Shown: positions 58,019 to 64,000 of the stretch, piece after piece | Numbering within the stretch: position 1 is the first letter of the stretch | Layout of the letters: each line of letters starts with the position of its first letter | Assembly (NCBI GenBank): GCA_963662795.1 | Contig: OY759746.1 | Location: forward strand, 3,168,001 to 3,232,000 | Source: Spirochaetia bacterium | GTDB taxonomy: Bacteria; Spirochaetota; Spirochaetia; CADAEX01 | DNA: 64,000 bases | Direction: 5' to 3' | Program-made: the position numbers and the translations under genes | Notes under the pieces: model-generated | The model's database searches: none | Seen by the model: only the letters and a program-made list of their open reading frames with translations | Told to the model about the DNA's origin: nothing

Positions 58019-58078
58019 ATTACAGTATTCGGAAATAGTTGTACGGGGAGGGGAATTTCTGTTCCCCGGGGAGTATAA

Positions 58079-59479
58079 ATGCGGGAAGCTGAAAAAGAAC
58101 TGATTGAAATTATCCTGACTCTTAATCTGTTTTACTACTGCGGGAATGGAAACGGCGCAGGAGAAGGCCTTTTCATGCTTACCGAAAAGGACAGGGCCCC
58201 TTTTTTTATTGATATCAACGGTGTCGCATCATTTCCTCATTACAGGAAAATATTCCTGGATGCTTTTTTATCTTCAATTAAGAATTTGACTGAAAAAGTG
58301 GGCAGTGAAAGCGGCGGTGCGGGTAATCATCTGACACTTGCGGCGTGCGGACATTCGGCAATACCTTTCGCTTCCATGGCGGCGGAGAAGCTTTCCCTCC
58401 CCATGGTTTATATTAGGGAAAGCGCAAAAAAGCACGGTAAAAAGAATATGATTGAGGGCTCAATCAGTGATGGCAGTGACTGCATTATATTTACAGAAAC
58501 CTACTCATCCGCTGCCGGAATAGAAAGCGCCGTAAAGGGTCTTCTGGAAAGGAAATGCAGAATAATCGGCATTTCCTCATTAATAAACATGACTGGTGAA
58601 AATACCATTGATATTGAAGGTGAAAGAAAGCCTGTTGAAAGCCCGCTTTCGCTTAAATCACTGATTGATTATGCTGAAAAAACCAAAGCTCTGCCGGAGA
58701 AAATTATTAAGTCAGCGCGCAGCTGGATGAGTGTGTTTGAAACTGATGCGGAGGATGATGCCGCAGTTATAACAGCAGTCTCACCATCTGCTTCAGAAGA
58801 TGCGGGATGGGTAACAGTATCCGGGTCTCAGAAAAATGAAACAGATGCTGCAGAAATTCTCCTTGATTTAAAGGCTGTTACCCTTTCTGTCTCATCCCCT
58901 TACCGGTATGCCTCCGGAATATTAAGCCCGATTTACTGCGACAACCGTCTTATGATTTCTTCACCTGCCAAATGGAAAGTTGTTATTGAAATCATGGAGA
59001 ATATTATCAAAAACCGGATAGGACTTGAGAACATTGAGGTAATCGCTGGAACTTCCACTGCCGGTATTCCACACGCAGCCCGCCTTGCATCATCACTAGG
59101 CCTTCCGCTAGTCTATGTTAAGTCAGAAAAAGGGGAGAGAGGGAAAAAATCCAATATCGAAGGGCTACTTCCGTACGGTAAAAGAGTGCTGGTTGTTGAA
59201 GATCTTGTAAGCACAGGAAAAAGCTCAATAGAGGCCGTGAGAATCCTCCGCGGGCACGGTGCAATAGTTGAAAGCTGTATCGCGATATTCAGCTATCAGA
59301 TGAAATCTGCGCTTGATATATTCTCTGAAGAAAAATGCGCCCTTTATACAGCCTCGAATTTCAGCGTACTGATTAAAACCGCAGTTGAAAAAAAATATAT
59401 AACGGAAGAAGAGGCTGAGAAGGCTGTAAGCTGGAACATGAATCCTGAAGGGTGGGGGAAAACACATGGCCATGAATGA
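58079..59479 (+). CDS. pyrE: Orotate phosphoribosyltransferase, tandem two-domain form
   Basis: C-terminal domain ASGILSPIYCDNR, TAGIPHA, VVEDLVSTG; N-terminal homologous domain AIPFA...YIRESAKKHG...IEG; next to pyrF. Confidence 0.88.
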   Translation: MREAEKELIEIILTLNLFYYCGNGNGAGEGLFMLTEKDRAPFFIDINGVASFPHYRKIFLDAFLSSIKNLTEKVGSESGGAGNHLTLAACGHSAIPFASMAAEKLSLPMVYIRESAKKHGKKNMIEGSISDGSDCIIFTETYSSAAGIESAVKGLLERKCRIIGISSLINMTGENTIDIEGERKPVESPLSLKSLIDYAEKTKALPEKIIKSARSWMSVFETDAEDDAAVITAVSPSASEDAGWVTVSGSQKNETDAAEILLDLKAVTLSVSSPYRYASGILSPIYCDNRLMISSPAKWKVVIEIMENIIKNRIGLENIEVIAGTSTAGIPHAARLASSLGLPLVYVKSEKGERGKKSNIEGLLPYGKRVLVVEDLVSTGKSSIEAVRILRGHGAIVESCIAIFSYQMKSALDIFSEEKCALYTASNFSVLIKTAVEKKYITEEEAEKAVSWNMNPEGWGKTHGHE

Positions 59480-60425
59480 AAATTTCGCGGATTCTCTTAT
59501 CAGGGAAATAGATTCAAGGAAAAACCCGTCTGCAGCAGGTCTTGACCCTTCGCTTGCAAACCTGCCGCCGGAAATACTTGAAAAATACAGATTGTCATCA
59601 GGGAATATGAGCTTTAAAGCCGCATCGGATGCTGTGCTTGATTTCAACAAAAATCTTATTGACTGCCTTTATGATATTGTCCCTGCTGTCAAGCTTCAGT
59701 CGGCATATTATGAGCAGCTTGGTCCGGACGGGATATCGGCTCTGCTTGAAACCGCAAAGTACGCAAAATCAAAAGGGCTTATTGTAATCGGGGATGTAAA
59801 GCGGAATGATATCGGCAGCACCTGCGGCGCGTATTCTTCAGCCTACATCGGCAGGGTAGACCTTCTGGGAGCTGAAACTCCTCTATTTGATTTCGACGCA
59901 ATAACTGTCAACAGCTATCTCGGTTATGAAGGAATTGAACCTTTTTTAAAGGACTGCCGCCTTTACGGCAAAGGTATTTTTTCGCTTGTGAAAACTTCAA
60001 ACAAAGGATCTCTGGAATTTCAGGGAGTGATGACAGATAACGGACCTAATTACTCTGTGATGGGACGGCTTGTTTCAGAGTGGGGCAGGTCCCTTACCGG
60101 CTCATCCGGATACAGTTCAGCCGGGGCTGTTGTGGGGGCTACATTCCCTCATGAGGCAAAGCTTTTAAGGGAAGAGATGAAAAACTCGTTTTTTCTTGTG
60201 CCGGGTTACGGCGCTCAGGGAGGAGGGGCGGAAGGCGTTATCAACTGTTTCAACCCTGACGGATGCGGCGCAATTATTAATTCTTCCCGCGCGATAATGT
60301 ATGCGTACATGAAAGAGAATGACAGCAAAAATTATAAAAAACACGCAAGAGATGAAGCGTTAAGGATGAAAAAAGAAATTTCAGATGAACTTATGAAAAG
60401 AGGAATTTGCAGATGGGAGAATTAA
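59466..60425 (+). CDS. pyrF: Orotidine-5'-phosphate decarboxylase (subfamily 2)
   Basis: GLDP, K.Q.AYYE, DVKRNDIGST, VKTSN, GAVVGAT, LVPGYGAQGG, NSSR. Confidence 0.94.
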   Translation: MAMNENFADSLIREIDSRKNPSAAGLDPSLANLPPEILEKYRLSSGNMSFKAASDAVLDFNKNLIDCLYDIVPAVKLQSAYYEQLGPDGISALLETAKYAKSKGLIVIGDVKRNDIGSTCGAYSSAYIGRVDLLGAETPLFDFDAITVNSYLGYEGIEPFLKDCRLYGKGIFSLVKTSNKGSLEFQGVMTDNGPNYSVMGRLVSEWGRSLTGSSGYSSAGAVVGATFPHEAKLLREEMKNSFFLVPGYGAQGGGAEGVINCFNPDGCGAIINSSRAIMYAYMKENDSKNYKKHARDEALRMKKEISDELMKRGICRWEN

Positions 60426-60426
60426 G

Positions 60427-61302
60427 ATGAGAAAACCTGTTTATGAAATAGCAGCTGTTCATGATTTATCAGGTTACGGCAGGTGTTCACTTACTGTCGC
60501 TATTCCTATTCTGTCCTGTATGGGAATGCAGGTGTGTCCTCTGCCTACATCCATTCTTTCAACCCATACGGGCGGTTTCAGGGATTACACTTTTTTTGAT
60601 TTTACTGACCAGATGCAGGGGATAATTGACCACTGGAAAAAGCTGGATATCAGTTTTGACGCTATCTATACAGGCTTTCTGGGTTCATCAAGGCAGATAG
60701 ACATAATCGCGGATTTCATTGACCGTTTTCATCATGATAATCTTCTTGTTGTTGTTGATCCAGTTATGGGCGATGAGGGCGAGCTTTATGATACTATCGG
60801 CACACCTATTGTCGAGGGGATGAAAAAGCTTGTTAAAAAGGCTGACCTCATTACACCCAATATTACAGAAGCCGCTATTCTGCTTGGTGAGAAAAATTAC
60901 GGTAAACTTACTGTCAAAGAGATTAAAGAGATTCTTGAAAAATTGTCTGATATCGGCCCGGGGATGGTAGTTGTAACAAGTGTGATATGTGAAAATGAAA
61001 AACATCCGGTTGTTGTCGCTTATAAAAGGAAAAGCGGAAGATACTGGAAAATACGCAGCGATTACTTCCCTGTCTATTATCCCGGTACCGGCGATATTTT
61101 TTCAAGCATAATGACAGGGTGTATCCTCAGGGGCGACAGTCTTCCTGTATCAGCCGCTACAGCTGTCGAGTTTATCTCGGCGGCAATAAAGGAAACCTAC
61201 GGCCACGATCTTCCGCCCCGCAACGGCATAATGTTTGAGAAGGTCCTTAACCTCCTCGCAGGTACAAAGCTTTCAGGATTTTTGAATATTTCAGCATTAT
61301 GA
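60427..61302 (+). CDS. pdxK: Pyridoxal/pyridoxamine kinase
   Basis: HDLSGYGRCSL, LSTHTGG, YTGFLGS, VDPVMGD, TPNITEA, PGTGD. Confidence 0.88.
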   Translation: MRKPVYEIAAVHDLSGYGRCSLTVAIPILSCMGMQVCPLPTSILSTHTGGFRDYTFFDFTDQMQGIIDHWKKLDISFDAIYTGFLGSSRQIDIIADFIDRFHHDNLLVVVDPVMGDEGELYDTIGTPIVEGMKKLVKKADLITPNITEAAILLGEKNYGKLTVKEIKEILEKLSDIGPGMVVVTSVICENEKHPVVVAYKRKSGRYWKIRSDYFPVYYPGTGDIFSSIMTGCILRGDSLPVSAATAVEFISAAIKETYGHDLPPRNGIMFEKVLNLLAGTKLSGFLNISAL

Positions 61303-62162
61303 TAGTAACAGATTTTGACGGCACATTATTCAGCGATTCTCACAGTTTCAACGATAAAGACCTGGCAACACTAAAGTATCTTGGCGAAAAGGGAATATTA
61401 CGGGTAATTGCGACAGGAAGGTCGCTTTTCTCCGCAAACAAAGTCATACCGCCTGATTTCCCGATCGACTATCTGGTGTTTTCTTCAGGCGCAGGAATAA
61501 TGGAATGGAAAAGCAGGGAAATAATCAGTCTCTTCTCTCTCAAGAGGTCCCAGATAAAGGCAGCCTCCGAAATACTTATCAGCGGCGCTTTTAATTTTAT
61601 GCTGCATAAGAAAATCCCTGATAATCATTTTTTTTATTACTGCCGCCATACCGGCGATGACGATGATTTTGATAGAAGGTGCAGATTATATACCGGCTAT
61701 TCAATGGAGTGGGATGAGAGTGCCGTAGAAGCAATGGAAGAGGCTTGTCAATTTGTCGTAATAATTCCTTATACTGACAATGCTGATCCTCTCTCGAGAT
61801 TCAGCGTATTAAAAAGCGCTCTTGATGAGCAGGGAAATCTGCATATCATAAGGGCAACATCCCCGATTGATAAAAAAACACTATGGATAGAGATTTTTCC
61901 GGCAGGAGTTTCAAAGGCACACGCGGTAAAAACCATTGCGGATATAAAAGGGATAGATTATAAATATATTGCCGCTGTGGGCAACGATTTTAACGATCTG
62001 GATATGCTTAGGTGGGTAAAAAACAGTTTTGTTGTTGAGAATGCTCCTCCCGAGCTTAAAAAAGAGTTTGTAAACGTCAGGTCAAACAATGACTGCGGAT
62101 TTACCGAGGCGGTAGAAAAATGGAAGGTCCTTCACAATAAAGGTAATACGGAAACTTTATAA
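61299..62162 (+). CDS. Cof-type HAD hydrolase
   Basis: DFDGTL, ATGR, SKAHA, GNDFNDLDM. Confidence 0.88.
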   Translation: MIVTDFDGTLFSDSHSFNDKDLATLKYLGEKGILRVIATGRSLFSANKVIPPDFPIDYLVFSSGAGIMEWKSREIISLFSLKRSQIKAASEILISGAFNFMLHKKIPDNHFFYYCRHTGDDDDFDRRCRLYTGYSMEWDESAVEAMEEACQFVVIIPYTDNADPLSRFSVLKSALDEQGNLHIIRATSPIDKKTLWIEIFPAGVSKAHAVKTIADIKGIDYKYIAAVGNDFNDLDMLRWVKNSFVVENAPPELKKEFVNVRSNNDCGFTEAVEKWKVLHNKGNTETL

Positions 62163-62176
62163 AAAGGCAGGTTTAT

Positions 62177-62710
62177 ATGTCAGATGTATCAATCTTTGAC
62201 AATGCAATAAGAAAGGTAAAGGATTTTCCAAAAAAAGGGATATTGTTTTACGATATAACAGGCCTGCTGATTAAACAGGATGCATTCAGCTACTGCATGG
62301 AAAAAATGGTGAAGCTTTATGAGAACAGGGGCATAACAAAAATAGCTGCAGTAGAAGCGAGGGGTTTTATATTCGCATCCCCTCTTGCGTTAAGGCTTAA
62401 TGTCCCTCTTCTTCTTGTCCGCAAGAAGAACAAACTCCCCGGTGAAAAACTGACAAAAAGTTATTTACTTGAATACGGCGAAGATTCAATTGAAATACAT
62501 AAAAACGATATAGCTCCCGGTGATAATATTCTTGTTGTTGATGACCTTATCGCAACCGGCGGAACAATAAAAGCTGCCTGCGAACTTCTTGAATCTGCCG
62601 GAGCTTCCATAGAAGAGATTTTTGCGGTAATCGGCCTCCCATTTCTTGACTATAACAAGAAACTTACCAGATACCGGATTAGTACTTTCATTAATTATGA
62701 AAGCGAATAA
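62177..62710 (+). CDS. apt: Adenine phosphoribosyltransferase
   Basis: DFPKKGILFYDIT, EARGF, RK..KLP, LEYG, VDDLIATGGT. Confidence 0.96.
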   Translation: MSDVSIFDNAIRKVKDFPKKGILFYDITGLLIKQDAFSYCMEKMVKLYENRGITKIAAVEARGFIFASPLALRLNVPLLLVRKKNKLPGEKLTKSYLLEYGEDSIEIHKNDIAPGDNILVVDDLIATGGTIKAACELLESAGASIEEIFAVIGLPFLDYNKKLTRYRISTFINYESE

Positions 62711-62767
62711 ACAGCGCCGCTGCAGTAAATGCAGCAGAAACGGTACTGAAAAAAATAAGGGCAGATA

Positions 62768-62796
62768 TTGACATAAAACTGATATTTGGATATTTT
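62768..62796 (+). promoter_or_regulatory. Sigma70 promoter of the tRNA pair
   Basis: TTGACA-N17-TATTTT, 14 nt upstream of tRNA-Gln. Confidence 0.6.
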
Positions 62797-62810
62797 AAGA
62801 ACGAATTTAT

Positions 62811-62881
62811 TGCCCGATAGTGTAACGGTAACACTCATGATTCTGGATCATGTTTTGGGGGTTCAAATCCTCCTCGGGCAG
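62811..62881 (+). tRNA. tRNA-Gln (CUG)
   Basis: Acceptor TGCCCGA/TCGGGCA, anticodon arm CATGA-TT CTG GA-TCATG, T arm GGGGG-TTCAAAT-CCTCC; CCA not encoded. Confidence 0.93.
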
Positions 62882-62894
62882 AAAAATCTGATAG

Positions 62895-62966
62895 GGCCCC
62901 TTCGTCTATCGGTTAGGACAGGAGATTCTCATTCTTCAAAGAGGGGTTCGATTCCCCTAGGGGCTA
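62895..62966 (+). tRNA. tRNA-Glu (CUC)
   Basis: Acceptor GGCCCCT/AGGGGCT, anticodon arm GGAGA-TT CTC AT-TCTTC, T arm AGGGG-TTCGATT-CCCCT; CCA not encoded. Confidence 0.93.
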
Positions 62967-62968
62967 TT

Positions 62969-63010
62969 AAAAACCTGTTCAGTAATTGCTTATTGAACAG
63001 GTTTTTGTTT
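62969..63010 (+). terminator. Intrinsic terminator after the tRNAs
   Basis: AAAAACCTGTTCAGTAA-ttgc-TTATTGAACAGGTTTTT. Confidence 0.8.
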
Positions 63011-63429
63011 CTGCACTGCGTTTGTAATACCAAATTATTCTACTTTTTATTCACTGATAATCAGTGTAATAATTGTCTTAACTATTATCTGCTCTGTCAA
63101 TTTACATAACGAATATTTTTTTCAGAGAAAGGTCTCCGGTTTATTTTTGTATCAATATAGGTCTTACCGTAAAATCAAAAGTTTTTCCGGTATTGTATGA
63201 GTAAAAATACCTGGATTACTGTGAAATATAAGACAAATTGAATATTGAATAAAAAATGTATAGAGAGAATCCTGATTTGGAGTTAACATATCAATGAAAC
63301 ATTATGCCTTTAATCAGCTTAGAAGCGGCAGTTAATATATTTCATAGTTAAAATTATAAATAGTAAACTGAATATACGCTTCATATCCTCATTCTTTTGA
63401 TGAATACAACAGGTGATAAGGAGAAATAA

Positions 63430-64000
63430 ATGAGTCGTATCTGCTATGCAGCATATAATGAAGATTTCATTAAACTGGCAGAAGGAATATTTAAAAAGCT
63501 GGGTAAAGATGTTGACATTCAGATATATGATCCTGGAAATCCCGGAGAGCTTGAGAAAAAAGGCCTCAGGGTCCTTATGGCACGCGGAGCAACCGCAATG
63601 AAAATAAGAAAAGCAGTGGATCTTCCAGTTGTGGAAATACCTATCCCTTTTGAGGACCTGATTCAGGCTTTAAATACAGCAAGCAGAATTGGCAGGAGAA
63701 TCGGTGTCGTCGGGTCAGGCAATCTTCTGCAGGGTCTTGATAATCTTAATCCCCTTTTAAATGTAAGCATAACTCAGGTTCAGGCAAGAAATGAAGACGA
63801 TACAATCAAGCAAATGCTTAAACTTAAAAATGAAGGCATAGATGTATTCGTAGGAGGGAAACTGCAGGCGCGTATCGCAAAAAAACTGCAGATGAATTAC
63901 GTAAGGATTGATTTCAGCGAAAAAGCGCTTTCTTATGCAATTTCCGAAGCTGAGGCCTTGCTCGATACAACCTTCTGTAATGTGAGAAAAAATGAAGAGC
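63430..64000 (+). CDS. PrpR N-terminal-domain regulator (probably sigma54-interacting); truncated by window end, absent from the ORF track
   Basis: My translation: MSRICYAAY...VLMARGATAMKIRKAVDLPVVEIP...DLIQAL...IGVVG...GIDVFVGG; SD AAGGAG upstream; no stop before 64000. Confidence 0.75.
   Translation, partial: MSRICYAAYNEDFIKLAEGIFKKLGKDVDIQIYDPGNPGELEKKGLRVLMARGATAMKIRKAVDLPVVEIPIPFEDLIQALNTASRIGRRIGVVGSGNLLQGLDNLNPLLNVSITQVQARNEDDTIKQMLKLKNEGIDVFVGGKLQARIAKKLQMNYVRIDFSEKALSYAISEAEALLDTTFCNVRKNEE

Noticed and set aside
58045-58078. GGGGAA/TTCCCC hairpin next to the pyrE SD as a pyrimidine attenuator
   Set aside because: Only a 6-bp stem in a 60-bp gap; no PyrR-binding consensus or terminator visible
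62786-63109. 107-aa ORF
   Set aside because: Overlaps two well-formed tRNA genes and their terminator
1-64000. CRISPR arrays, rRNA, IS elements, prophage genes, riboswitches/T-boxes before valS, proS and cysS
   Set aside because: No spaced repeats, transposase or phage ORFs seen; the synthetase leaders are too short for T-boxes. A covariance-model scan was not possible, so small RNAs could be missed

Overview
64 kb of bacterial chromosome, most likely from a spirochaete. This is inferred from the murB-cysS-ECF sigma-anti-sigma-cNMP-protein synteny and the protein family styles, not from a database search. In order it holds: a xylose utilisation locus (xylB, xylA, sensor SBP + YesM/YesN-type two-component system, ChvE/GguAB-type ABC transporter); an AfuABC/FbpABC-type ABC transporter; tapT; then a ~6 kb AT-rich island inserted in recG and bounded by a displaced, decaying copy of the recG 3' end. 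After the island come mostly housekeeping genes (recG, yggT, dnaE, arcA, ackA, mgtE, murB, cysS, valS, proS, pyrE/pyrF, pdxK, apt, tRNA-Gln, tRNA-Glu). The best candidate for an undescribed system is the island operon: tetR - ATP-type acetate kinase - catalytically degenerate FolE2-like T-fold protein - acetate kinase with the motif signature of the pyrophosphate-dependent Entamoeba enzyme - acetate-kinase pseudoenzyme. It is controlled by a clear double palindromic operator and could form an ATP/PPi transphosphorylation module working via acetyl phosphate (hypothesis). Other notable items are a fused tandem PyrE with complementary loss of active-site elements and a transglutaminase-fold protein with Ser in place of the catalytic Cys. 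All calls come from motif recognition by eye; no searches were run.
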